NCBI RefSeq assembly: GCF_009834535.1
Contig: NC_045697.1
Coordinates: 22,198,001-22,262,000 of the forward strand
Length of the DNA stretch: 64,000 bases
Reading direction: 5' to 3'
DNA from: Camelus ferus
Lineage: Eukaryota
This document shows positions 1 through 12,090 of the stretch, in pieces. Within the stretch, counting starts at the first letter, position 1. Each line of letters starts with the position of its first letter. Below the pieces are notes generated by a model. That model searched no databases. It was not told the origin of the DNA and was given only the letters and a program-made list of their open reading frames with translations. The position numbers and the translations under genes are program-made.

Positions 1-1122
1 TTAAAAAATTAAGTTCATGTATTTCTGAGAAGAAAATTATTATTTCCTATGAAGAGGGACTGTAGTTACAAGGGCCTTTCTTAAAGCATACAAACAAACA
101 AACAAAAAAACACTATCTCCACTTTAGATAATCAAATGATTCACTGTCATATAGGTATTATATCAAATCTGCAAAGCAAAACTTGTGAGAAATGTATAGA
201 CAATTCCCGTTTTACTTGCTCCTCTGCCAAAAAAATAATGACTATAATCTCACTATGAAGAAATGGTTGAACAATGACAAAGGTGATCTTTGTACAACTC
301 AATTTCCCCTATCTAAAATTTAAAAGTATTCTAGTATCTTCAGAATGCAGTTGAAAATATCTTTGTCTTTGGGCACAGTATTCCACAGCACATTGTGATA
401 TTCACACCTACGTGGAAATGACAGTTTCATAGATTGTAGTTAGAGAGAGTGACTTTTCCCTTAGTCCTTTCCTTTATGATTTTATGATGGAGAAGCTATT
501 CAATGTTATTCTTCTGTCTGACTCCAAAATCTTCCTCTTTTCCAACTCACAGGGAAAAGCAAACAGAAGACAACAGCAACAAAACTTAATCCAAGGATAA
601 GAAGTCTTTAATTAATAAGTGTATGTAATACTCATCCTTGTGCCAGCATACTTTACTGGAATATCATGTAATTAACTTCCAGATCCCTTGACATTTAAAC
701 ATTAGGTGAAGGTAATAAACTATATCTACTTTGTCCCAAGTTTCCACTTGAAAATCCTTTATTTTTCTTGTTTATCTCTTCCTGGTATGCCTTTTCTGTA
801 AGGGCACCTGACTAATACCTTAAAAGTTTCCAAGAATGGATGTTAGATTAGTTCCATGCTGCCCACTTAGTGGCTATAAAATATGGTGGATACTATTTAT
901 AGTATCTCTGGGAAATTTTGTCACTTTTCTTTCTCCAATTATGTAGTTTAAAATCATGAGAATGGCTCATAAAATAGCATTTTCTTTCTTTTCCAGATAC
1001 ACATATAAGATTAAAGGGTAAAATAGTCTGAATATACTTAATTCTTTTATAGTTTAGAAATATCTTGAAGCAAGATAGTACCATAGGAACATGTTTTAGT
1101 TTAAATGTTAGTTGGAATACAA

Positions 1123-1125
1123 AAA

Positions 1126-1188
<63 letters not shown>
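1123..1188 (+). repeat. (AAAT)n microsatellite, about 16 units
   Basis: Uninterrupted AAAT tandem read directly; explains the 893..1219 'FIYL' ORF. Confidence 0.97.
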
Positions 1189-2955
1189 AAAAAATATCAG
1201 TACATAGTTGTATACTCATGACCTAGGGAATAGTTCTCATAACAGGCAGTTCAGAAGTGTGTACCAAGAGAGAAAGGAACATAATGTGCCCAGGTACATG
1301 AGGGGATATTTAATGTCTAGGGAGGGCATTATATTGCAAATGGTGGTCATTCACTAGGTCACTGTCAGGGTGAGGCTGAGCTAAAGCAGAAATGTAAATT
1401 ACTATAAAGGCCAAATTTGCAGAGTTGAAAACAGCTTCTATCCCCTGGGAAGCACACGGACATGGTGGTTACATGAAACTATCCATTTATAAAAATTGTG
1501 TGTTTCTCCCAGTTTGGCCATATGAATAACCACATAAGAAAAGAATATTAAAACATTAATCATTGTGATAAGCAGAGGGAACGCACAAAAATAGCATGTG
1601 ATAAAAGGAGGAATGCATTTTTTTTTTTTGGAAATCACATTGTTTTGGCATGATTATGCCTACAAGTGTATCAAAGCCGCTACATTTCCCTCCATGGTAA
1701 CATACTGATAATTAGATTCAATATATTATAATATGTTAGAGTGAGAGAGAGAGAGATGATCGGTAGAATTACCACCTACATACGCTGAGTTACAAACAGT
1801 TGTAAACACGATAGTCTGAAGGAAAGTTAAACAGAATTCTCAGAATATGAGAAACCCAACATTTTCCATATGCACTGTCATATTCCATTCTTTTTCTAAT
1901 ATTCATATTTCATTAACATTTAGTACACAGGCCTTGGGATTTTTTAAAGAGAAAAATAAATATATTCAATTTTGGTATTTGTGAACTATTTATCATTTAA
2001 TTTACCATCAAGGCCTACTTAATTTTGTTTAAGACATGAAATTAATTTAAATCCCACCTCTTTTACTTTTGATATGCAAATATTTTCACTTTGATGTGGT
2101 AGCAATACAAACTGAAGTTTGCAACATGAACCGCTAATGCTAATTTGATTACTTCTGTATTAGTGTTGAGTGCTACAAAAATAGCAAGAGATTGTTTAAA
2201 AAATGAAACTGGGAATGGAAGAACTCTTTCTCTGCAGGCCCTCTGCAAGGATGGTAGTATTAATGCATGTACATTAATGCTTGATGATTCTAATAGAGCC
2301 ATGAATGCAATTTTGAAGACAAATAATTTAGGATTTTTTAGGAAACCTGACAGCTTGGTCCTTTATAAAAATTTGAGTTCATCAGAAAGTCCTCACTTTA
2401 CTTAATAGCTCAGATGGTTTGAATCTATTTAAAATATTTCTTGCAGATGATTTAGACAATGATTTATTTTTAGCAGTAAAGATGTTTATCAAATACAGTG
2501 ACGACAAGGTGGCTGAATTGTGAATTCAATACTTTTTGGATGGCAGTGGATCAGGCTTTTTAAAAAAGAAAGAATGAGCCTTTAAAAAAAAAGATTTATT
2601 TAATTGATTTATTTGATGACATTGAAGAGATTTCTAATGACCTGTAACAAAAAGGATGATATAAATATCTTGTTGCAACTCAAGCTAAGTATACCTAAAA
2701 AGTGTTGAAAAACAATTTTTCCCTCTTTTTAAAATAGTATTTGAAAATGGTATCTCACCATACTGAAAAATAAATATATATGTCTATCCATGATCTATAA
2801 GATACTCCCAATGGGGGAGCAGCAGTAATAACTGCCACCTGTAGTGTGCCTGCAGCGTGCATGTCGCTTGTCAGTTTATCAATGAAATGCCTGTGTCTGT
2901 CTGTCTGTAATTTGCTTTATGCCTGAAAGTCTCTATGCTCGTTAACCTTTTACAG

Positions 2956-2982
2956 GTGCCGCACCATTCCAAGGAACTGCAG
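2956..2982 (+). CDS. Candidate 27-nt cassette microexon (or start of a short terminal exon) of an unidentified host gene
   Basis: ccttttacag|GTGCCGCACCATTCCAAGGAACTGCAG|gtacta. Length divisible by 3 and stop-free in all three frames (VPHHSKELQ / AAPFQGTA / CRTIPRNC). Upstream TGC/TCTG-rich tract and TGCATG at 2858-2863. Donor is only moderate. Confidence 0.35.
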
Positions 2983-4824
2983 GTACTAAAAGAATAAGCA
3001 GTACTTATAAAGGCACAGCACACTTCTGAGCAATGTTTTGGAGGCCACCCAGTGTGTTAGATATCCACAACCAAGCTAAGGAAGTAAAACACAAGAGTAG
3101 CTAATGATTGAATGAGGGCCATGTACAGTTCCTGCATATTATCCCTCGTCAGACCAAAAAAAAAAAAAAAAAAATTGATTTAAAAAAAGAGGAGAGAGAT
3201 TGAGAGATTTGGATCAATCATTACTTTATCAAATTATCAAAAGTTTTTCCTCAAGATGTGACTAGAAAAAATGTTTTAGAAGGTATGCACATACTGCTGA
3301 TTTTTTTAAAAGATTCTCAATAATGTATGTGGCATATGAATATAGAAGGCAGAGATTAACTAGGTTAGAATGTTGACGAATAGAGATTAATAGGCTGATG
3401 GATCATATATAAAATTAATTACATTAAGGATTAAATACTGAACACTGACTGGTTGATTCTCTTTAAAATTGTAATAGAACTTTTTGTGCAATGTAGTCAT
3501 TAAATAAGATCAAGCATTTGACTATTCCCCACTTGGGGAAATTCACAATTTGTGAATTTAGGGAGGAAAAAAGTATACAGTAATAGCTTCAAAGAAGTGG
3601 GACAATGTTTATATGTATTACATATACATATATAATGTATACATATATAATATATATAAACATTATTTTGTGTATGTATGGTGTAGAAATTTTTTCAACA
3701 TGATAACAACTTTAATTCCAGAATGGTATGGCTTTGACATAAATATTCTTAACCTCCATGTGTGGAAGAAAAAGAAAAGATTCTGACTTTTTAATCAGTG
3801 CCTCCAAAATACCAGTTTTCTTTTTTTGAATTAGTCACAAATTTCTTTTTCAAAATTTCTTTTACAAATGTGTCCTTTTATATACAATGTGAAGTTTTAA
3901 AAGAATTTAAGTCAATCTACCATGGGTAAAGCCTTATTAAATAGGTATTGAATAGACTTGAGCAAACCACTTATAAAACCCAATAGTCTTATTACTGAAG
4001 TTGGTAAATGGTATTGTGATTATGGAAATCATTAATGCTACTAAAAATAATGATGTCACTGATACTAGTCTTTATCACTGAAACTGTTTTCAAGGACTGA
4101 AAATGGGGCAAAGCATAACGCGAGCCCATTTCTTAATGGGCTCACAATCTAAATTACCATCTTGCTCAACCTCCTATTTTGAAAGTGCAAACTCCTTTAA
4201 AGTTACTTATGGAAATTGTTAAGTGTAATAATTCCATCTTCTTGTTTCCATAATGAGTATAAAAACTATCTAAAATTCTTTACATATGTAATGAAGAAAA
4301 TAGGGGTTGGATATAGTAAGGACAGAAGGCATTCTATTTTTCTCACTTTAAAAAAGAGGTTTTATAGATGTAAATGTTCATTGCTTTCTTCATCTCTTCA
4401 TCTCTTTCTCACCTCACACTAGTTCTTTTAATTCAGATGTCATACTTTTCAAAAAGCTGTCTGTTTGAAGACTCTTCCTCTTCCTGGAAGCACTGAAGTC
4501 ACCAATGAAATGTTATGTCTTAAATTTTACCTCCTGAAATATACCATTGTCTCATGTTAAAAGGAAACTGAGTCCTACTTCTCACCCTCCAGTCTTAATA
4601 TCAGTTCTTATTTTGCCAATCTTCATTTTCATGTAAACAGACAACTTGTCCACTGGATCCTTTACAAATAACGTGAAAATGACAAATGGTCTATCTTATT
4701 TGGAGTGCAGGGTTGTGAGAGAGAGAAAGGGGACGGAGACTGTACAAGGGGAGAGAATTAGTGTAGAACATCCTTGACAAAAGCATTGCTTTGTCAGGCC
4801 TTAGTTCCATTCAGATCAGTGCTC

Positions 4825-4919
4825 ATGTGACAGGAACTGATTTTTAAAAATTTTATTCACTCTTCATTTAAACTTCAATAGCCCCATTTGGCTAGTGGTT
4901 ACCATATTGCACAGTACAG
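4825..4919 (+). mobile_element. MER3-like hAT-Charlie DNA transposon, 3' fragment
   Basis: aatagccccatttggctagtggttaccatattgcacagtacag resembles the recalled MER3 end (AATAGCCACATGTGGCTAGTGGCTACCGTATTGGACAGCGCAG). Confidence 0.7.
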
Positions 4920-5267
4920 ATTTGGATACTCAAGTTCTCATTTCATTTTAAAAGACAAAGATAAACTATTTTCAATTTAGCCTTTGAAGTAGACCCCAAA
5001 GAATTAAACTGGCCATCATTCTTTTGAAGGTTCATTATTCCTTTTGTTAATTTCATGTAACTTATCTTGGCTTCTGTAGTTTTCAACTACTCCTTCACTG
5101 AATATAATTAAAATGTATCTTGCAAGTTGGAATTACAGACATATGTATATGCGTGTATATATACAATTTACATATTAATTATATATATAATTTTCTTTAT
5201 TACTGGAATTTCAATAAACATATATAAAAATTGTTACAGAAATTAGCCATTGCCTTAACACTTCCCT

Positions 5268-5505
5268 GGTGTGATGGTTAAGGTCATGGCTTTGAAGTCA
5301 AAAAGACATGGGATTAAGTTCTAGTTCTGTGACCAGCTGAGTGATCTTGAGCAAATAACTGAGCTTCTTAAGTCCTCATTTGCTCCATGGGTTAAGGTAA
5401 GAATGCTTCATATGTTGTAGCATTGTGGTGGAGATTAAATGAGCTAGTACTACAAAGCACAGAGCATTGTACTTCTCTCATAGTGTTTTTTCAGTAAATG
5501 TCAGC
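5268..5505 (+). mobile_element. MIR SINE
   Basis: gtgatggttaag...gctttgaagtca...gctgagtgatcttgagcaaataact...gtggagattaaatgag follows the MIR head/core/tail. Confidence 0.8.
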
Positions 5506-5721
5506 ATGTCAGCCAGTCTCATTCCTAATGCTGCATATGAATAAAGGTGTCAGAATGAACTTTGTTTCTTTTATGGGGCTGATAATGGATAATCCCCAAC
5601 CCAGCTGAACACAGACAGTGCCGATGGGTTTTAGTACTTTCTTCTCCACTGACTACACAAAGATATAGCGTGATCTTGCAGAATATCTCAGTATAACAAG
5701 AATCTTAAACACTTCGGGGAA

Positions 5722-5801
5722 AATGGTACTATTTTCAAGTGTTAAAAGAATCATTCCAAGGAAAGGAGATGCTTCTTTTAACACTTGAAAATAGTATCAT
5801 T
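5722..5801. repeat. Inverted repeat / hairpin: perfect 24-bp arms (5727-5750, 5773-5796), 22-nt spacer
   Basis: TACTATTTTCAAGTGTTAAAAGAA and its exact reverse complement TTCTTTTAACACTTGAAAATAGTA. Extends outward by a G-T pair plus AATG/CATT. Confidence 0.95.
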
Positions 5802-7884
5802 GAGCTTCTAGCTTTTGCTCTTGAATAGTGAAACTGTGGAGCCATGTACCTGTTGGTTTTCAGATGGGGCCAATTTCTTTATTACAGCCAAAGTTAGGGA
5901 AAGATTCTTGTCATTTGAGAGGCCTTCAATCTATGATCTTACAAATGACATCAGCTGAAAGGGAAGGACCTGACACTACCAACTGTAATGGGAAAAAAAA
6001 TGACTAACACTAAAATACGTATAGTAAGTTCTTCATCCTCAGTCCCCCAACTACTATCATTAATGTCAAGGCTCGGTGAGGGCAATTATCCCACTCTTTT
6101 TTTGGCAAACAGTCCCCAGACATCAAACTGCCCTTCCTAAGATGTTCACTTCCTGTCACTTCAGCTGAATGTAAAGGTGGAGGAGTGGAACTGCGTGCCA
6201 GTCTATGCTGCTTCTGACCCTAGTTTCTGCATTTCCCATTAGGAGATCCTTTGTGGGTGGATACTGTACTTGCCATTATTTTTTTAAGTAAATCTAAGTA
6301 ACAAAGTGTTCACATACTTTGCAATCGGATTATAGTGTTTTCCCTTACCAAAGTGAGGTATGTGCCTGTGAGTCTAATGCACCTATAAACTAGACTGAGT
6401 GGAAATGGAGAGGGAAGGAACCATTGGAGTGGCAAGATACATGGAGACTGATAATAATGATGATGAATAACATCATTATAAAGCATAAAACTTTGTTAAT
6501 TGTAAGGAAAGCCTGTTCCTAACATAAGTATTAGACAATTGTCAAAAAGTAGTATGCCCACATCTGGGCATCAGCTATACTGTCTCAGGTTTTTTTTACA
6601 GCCTTATAAGAAAAGCAAATTAAAGCCAGGTCAGAGGAAAAAGAATTTGTAGGTTTATTTTTTATATTTTTTACAGGAAAGAAAATATTTTAACAGTTTT
6701 GAAGAACACCATCAATTTAAGGTTTTTGCCAAATAGTGATGACCCTTAAAAAAAAAAAGTCTAAGTTTGGAAGATTTAGTTCAATGTAAATTCAATAGAA
6801 GATTGGGATAAAATTAAAGTGAAAAACAAAACTGCTACGATGCCCACCAAATGTTTAGAAGAGGGTGGCTCTGTATAGGTGTATGTTCATGGTTTATAAC
6901 ATCCCACTAATGTGTGAGTCTGGAAACTAGAAAAGTTAAAAAACAAAAAAGCTAGGTTGGTAGCTATTTGGATAGAATTTATACATAGGTAGTGAAAAAG
7001 ACTGTGTTGACTGCCTAGTTGATATTTTCAAACATCAGTATACTTACTTAAAATTCTGGTAGAAGTATCAGCTCTATTTAGAAAAACAAGCATAACGGGG
7101 AAAAAATCCTACTACCCGCTTAGGTTGAAATAAAAATTCTCAGAATTATCAATTCTCATAGGCTACATTTACTTATTATCTTTCCATAAAATGTCTATTT
7201 AAATCTCGTTAAGAACAAACTGTGCAGTTTATGTAGATTATTGCAAATTATAAGCAATTGGAAATCTGTAGAATTTAGCTAGCCTGGGAAATGATGGTCT
7301 GATGTACCTGTGTTTTCACGTGCAATACTCTGGCTATTTCAGCTTCTTATCTGAGCAGACACCATGACCCGTGACAGCTTTGGAGCAGCTACGCTGTGAT
7401 ATGAATAAGCAGCTGTTCAGAAAAGATGTAAAGAAGTGAACTCATTATACTGTAGCTTGTTTTGCACTAGAAAACTTTGATTCCTAGCTTTTAAGAGTGA
7501 AAACAGAGTAGGTAAAAGGAAATTCAAATTGGGAAAGATGATAAAAAACAAATTTGTGTGAGACTCAAAGATCGGCTTTCGGACATACCCACCTAAATGC
7601 GTGAAACATATGTAAATATCATACATTGCTACTTAGTTATTTGAAAACAGTTCATAGGTTGAGATGGTCCTGTTAACATTTACGTTTTTGTGTTTATGTT
7701 TGGACTGTTTGTGCAATGTCTTGGTGAAGTCAAAGTATGTACACTTTGAAATATATAAAGAAATCACTGTTCTTTATTAAAAACAGATACAATATTAATA
7801 TTAGAGTTTTTTAATCACATAGATATATTCAAAGCCATCCCAAAATTGACTTTAGAAAACTAAGGCATCTTAATATTTAGATTT

Positions 7885-8210
7885 GTATCGCCCAATACAG
7901 CAGCCACTAGCCAGTTATGACAATTGAGCGATTATTACGTGGCTAGTCCAAATTGAGTTGTGCTGTAACACAGAGATCAGATTTAGAAGGCTTAGTACAA
8001 ATAAAAAGAATGTAAAACATCTCATTAATAATTCCATATTGATTCTATATTGATACCAAAATATCTTAGATATTTTGGGTTGAATAAAACACATCATTAG
8101 AGTCAATGTCACTTGTTTCTTTTTTTTTTTAAATATAGTCACAAGGATATTTTTAACTATGTTTATGGTGGCTTACACATGATTTGAATTATATATTCCT
8201 ATTGGTATTG
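7885..8210 (+). mobile_element. MER33-like hAT-Charlie DNA transposon, near full length
   Basis: ccaatacagcagccactagcca...gtggctagtccaaattgagttgtgctgtaa...aagaatgtaaaacatctcattaataa...ttcctattgg matches the recalled MER33 layout. Confidence 0.85.
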
Positions 8211-8289
8211 ATGTAGATAGCGTTTATCCTTCAACACAAAAGAGAAGTTCTGTAGTTTAGAGATAAACAATGAAGCAAGTGTATGTATG

Positions 8290-8765
8290 TGTATGTTTCT
8301 TTTCTATTGCTGCTTTAATGAATTTTAACACAAACTTAGTGGCTTTAAACAAGACAAATTTACTATCTTACAGTTCTGGACATCAGAAGTCCAGAGTGGA
8401 GCTCACTGGGCAAAAATCAAAGTATCAGGAAGGCTGTATTCCTTTTGGAGGCTCTAGGGTAGAATCCCTTTTTTGCCTTTTCTTCGCACATTCTTTTGCT
8501 AGTGACCTCATTCTTTCATCTTCAAAGCAACATGGGACAAATACTTCTGAGACTGTCATCTCTCCAGTTCTCTCTGCCTCCCTCCTTCTTCCACTTATAA
8601 GGACCCTATGGTTAGGTCCATCTAGATAATCCAGGATAATCTTCCTATTTCAAGGTCAAGTGATCTGCCACTTTAAGCCTCCCCTTGCCATTAACCTAAA
8701 ATGTGCGAAGGTTCCTGAGATTCGGATGCAGACATCTTTGGGCATCCACTATCCTGCCTACCACA
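8290..8765 (-). mobile_element. MLT1 (MLT1D-like) ERVL-MaLR solo LTR
   Basis: tg...ca termini; ctattgctgct...cacaaacttagtggcttt...cttacagttctgga...gataatccaggataatct...ctgcctaccaca. Flanks gtatg/gtgtg fit a decayed 5-bp TSD. Confidence 0.88.
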
Positions 8766-11208
8766 GTGTGTATACTTATGTTTATCTTTAATGTAATACA
8801 TAAATATATAAAATTTATATATAAAATATTTCTTCCTTCTTCTCTCCCTCCCTCTCTCCCCACCTCTTTCTTTCTTTCTTTCATTTTTCTCTCCATTTCA
8901 CACCAAAAAAATTAAATGTTTTTCATCATTTTCCTTTTGGTACTACTTATCATTTTAAGTCTCATAAAAGCTCCAGATAGTTTTTGTCTCACCCAAATAC
9001 TCATAGCCAAAGGCCAGCACATGATAACATAGGAAAACTAAGTTGTTCATTGTCTGTAGGTGGGTCTAATTAGGGAGAACTCCTCAGCCTTTGGAGTAAT
9101 TTGCTTCGTCCCTCAGCTAGATTAATGACTGGCACCACAGCAGTATCAGAAGGGACTGTGAATTCCAGCGGGTGAGCACATTTGTCAGCATGGATAGAAG
9201 GAGTAGAACTTTCATGAAAAAGAAAAGGCTTTGAAACAAAGCCAAGTAAAGGAAAGAGGCAAAGTACTTCTCTGCCTCTCCAAGAGATTTTGTTAGTTTA
9301 GCACACCTGCTCAGACCTTTTGAGATTATCTTGGGACATGCTTCTGAGACTGGAAAGTGGGTTCCCCAAGAACCACTAGGAGCACAGCAGCAGTTTGTGA
9401 CATCTTTTCACCTTGTCAGATAACTGGAAAAACTCAGTCTTGTTTTTAAAGTATAGTGGGTTAGACACAGTTTCATGTTGGCTGGTATAATATTGGGGGC
9501 TAACAAAGCTTACTTATAAGGTAATTGATGAGCGGTGCTTAGGGGTCAGAATTTGCCTGCTGCAGTTTTGCACAAAATGATTCAAAGACTCTTCCAAAGG
9601 TTATAATCCATGGCCTTAAATGAAACCCATCTTTTAACATATTATACTCCCCATTGCAATATTTAAATTGCTTTCTTCTTTTCAGCAATGAAAATGGTTT
9701 GACTAGACTTAGAAAACTATTAATTTATCCTGTCTATTGGACAAAGCTAAATTGGCTACTAACTGCCACAGAGATGTAACAATAAAATCAGTGAACTCTA
9801 AACATGATGATTTAAATACATGCTGCATATTTTCTTTCTTCTTTTTTATTTTTTGTTCATACCAGAGCAATTAAAATCAACTTTACTTCTGAAAGCTTTA
9901 CACATTATTTTCATGTAGGTAATTTTTACGGGAAAATATATCAGCTAAAGATAAATATAATAAAATCAAATGCTTGAGGAAGATAAAATAAATTTATTTT
10001 ATAATTCCATAATTGATATCATAGTTTTTTTCATTTTCTAATTAGTTATTTTTAAAATTATATAAGTAACATTAGTAAAAATTTGTTATATGGAAGGAAA
10101 GGATTTTTGGTATATACTTAGTCCATAATAATTTCAATCCCAGTTTGGATGAAGCTTTTGTGACGTTTCAAAATGCATTTAGTATAGGAGATATGTTTTA
10201 ATAGATTTAGAGTTTAGATTATGTCTATATTTAGAAAATACAAATGTAAGGGGTAGCAAATTTCAAATATTCATGTATCAGGTAAAATCCTGAAAGCTGA
10301 GGGGGAAGGCGGGCCAAATCCTGAGGCATTTATCAAGATAAAGTCTGTGTATATTTAAAGATAGTGATTTAAATTACACAAAAATTACAGTCTATCGATT
10401 TAGACATTTGTATCTCAGAGACACATGCCTACACAAGTTGTTTTTCTAAACCCATACAGATAATGTTGAACTCTTTCCTCAGCACCACTCTGCATTAACA
10501 TAGCAGGTTAGAGGTGATAATATATGCTGAGTGACATATTTGTGATCAAGACATTTTTAAGGAGCACTTAATAAAGGAAAGTCAGCAAACCAAACACATT
10601 TTCTGTTTCTTCTTCTAATTTTTTTTGCTCGGTGGGAGCAGAAATAATCATAAAGTACCTGAAGTTACTTAAAATGTCTCTTTTAGTGGAGAATTAGGCA
10701 CACAAAAATAAACCCCCAAAGGGACCAAAAGTGATAATTAAATACAATATAATGAAAGATTTGATTGCACTAGCACCAAGCACAATAGGAAATCACAGCA
10801 GGGCATTTTGAACTTTGCCAGGGATATCTTAGACATATTTCACACAAAATACATGACCTTTGAAATAGACTTTGGAAGTTAAGTAGGAGTTGGACAGATT
10901 GAGATTAAGGCAAGCGTTTTATGCAAGGGAAACAGCCTGAGCAAACAGAAGAGTGTGGTAGATGAACACTATATGGCGAAGGTGATTTTCTTGCTCTCTG
11001 GCTAGTGGCATACTATTGGAGAGATTCAAGAGATGTTAGTTAGTTGGATAATTTTATCGGACTTGTGTTTTTTACTTATTAAAATTGTACAGGAGAGTGG
11101 ATGGGGATGGGAAAGGTGATGACTGATGTTTTCTGTGGTTGTCTGTCCAAGGCAGGAGGCGAGCATGATGCAATAGTTATGGACCAGGAGTGAAAGGATG
11201 CACTAGAC

Positions 11209-11527
11209 TAGTGCTTCTCAAAATGTGGTCCTCAGATCAGATGCATTGTCATCACTGGGCAACTTACTGAAAATGCTGATTGTCCGGGGCTCCATCGCAG
11301 ACTTATTGAATCAAAAACTCTGATGCGGGATCCAGCAACCTGTTTTTATTTTAGCTTAATTGAGGTGTTACTGACGTACAAAAAATTGCACATGTTCAAC
11401 ATGTTGTTAAGTTTGGACATACACCATCACCACAACCAAGGCGGTAAACATGTTTATGACCTCCAGCTACTCATGTTTTAACAAGTCTTCCAGGGAATCT
11501 GAGGCACATTAATATTTGAAGACAAAG
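11209..11527 (+). mobile_element. MER5A hAT-Charlie transposon in two pieces (11209-11347, 11463-11527)
   Basis: agtgcttctcaaaatgtggtcc...ttgaatcaaaaactctg...ccagcaacctgtttt, then ttttaacaagtcttccagggaatctgaggcacattaatatttgaa, matching the recalled MER5A consensus. Confidence 0.85.
11348..11462 (-). mobile_element. Short L1 (L1MA/L1MB-like) 3'-end fragment inserted in MER5A
   Basis: agcttaattgaggtgttactgacgtacaaaaaattgcacatgtt...caccatcaccacaaccaagg is a typical antisense L1M 3' end. Flanked by degenerate repeats ccagcaacctgtttt / ccagctactcatgtttt. Confidence 0.75.
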
Positions 11528-11745
11528 CCTTAAAGATGTATTTTCAGAGTTAAAATAGAATTAAACAATTAATTAGACTTGGGGTAGAGAGGATGGAGGA
11601 ATCAGGAGCTGTTAAATTTATATTATAGGCAACTCAGTGGGGAGAGTGGTATCATTATATGAGATAGGATATATGAGATGAGAATTAGGTTAGTCCAAAA
11701 AGGATACTTTTGAAAATATTTAATTGTCAAAGAAGCTGTCATTAC

Positions 11746-11749
11746 AAAA

Positions 11750-11822
<73 letters not shown>
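11746..11822. repeat. A13 followed by (TA)32
   Basis: Read directly: pure TA from 11759 to 11822. Confidence 0.97.
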
Positions 11823-11826
<4 letters not shown>

Positions 11827-11954
11827 TCTGGTCAAATGTTAGGCATTGGTCTTGGTTAGACCAATTTCATTGAACCGGAGACTTATTAATTAGTAGTTTT
11901 CCTCTACAGAGAAGGAGCCTGGATAGATACTGGAACACCATTAGAACGTGTGGT

Positions 11955-12090
11955 TTCGAGGAAAGAGCCTTGGACTGAGGGTCAGAGGACCTGAACTATG
12001 GCTACAGCCTAGAACATCTGTAACACTGCCCAGCTATTAAACACTAGTTCTGTTACCTATGGAAAGTCACTTCTCAGAGTTCTAGGTTTT
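11955..12090 (+). mobile_element. MIR-family fragment
   Basis: ggaaagagccttggactgagggtcagaggacctg...ctagttctgttacctatggaaagtcactt. Confidence 0.6.

Larger units (their letters stand above)
10690..11720 (-). mobile_element. Degraded L2 LINE fragment interrupted by MER5A and an L1 piece
   Basis: L2-type purine-rich motifs (gaccttTGAAatagactttggaag...gtaggagtt...agggaaacagcctgagcaaa) on both sides of 11209-11527. Boundaries approximate. Confidence 0.55.

Noticed and set aside
2447..2508. Possible + strand exon (ttcttgcag|ATGATTTAG...GACAAG|gtggct)
   Set aside because: Weak donor, short pyrimidine tract, 62 nt; no independent support.
4122..4143. 9-bp stem hairpin GAGCCCATT/AATGGGCTC
   Set aside because: Expected by chance in a window of this size.
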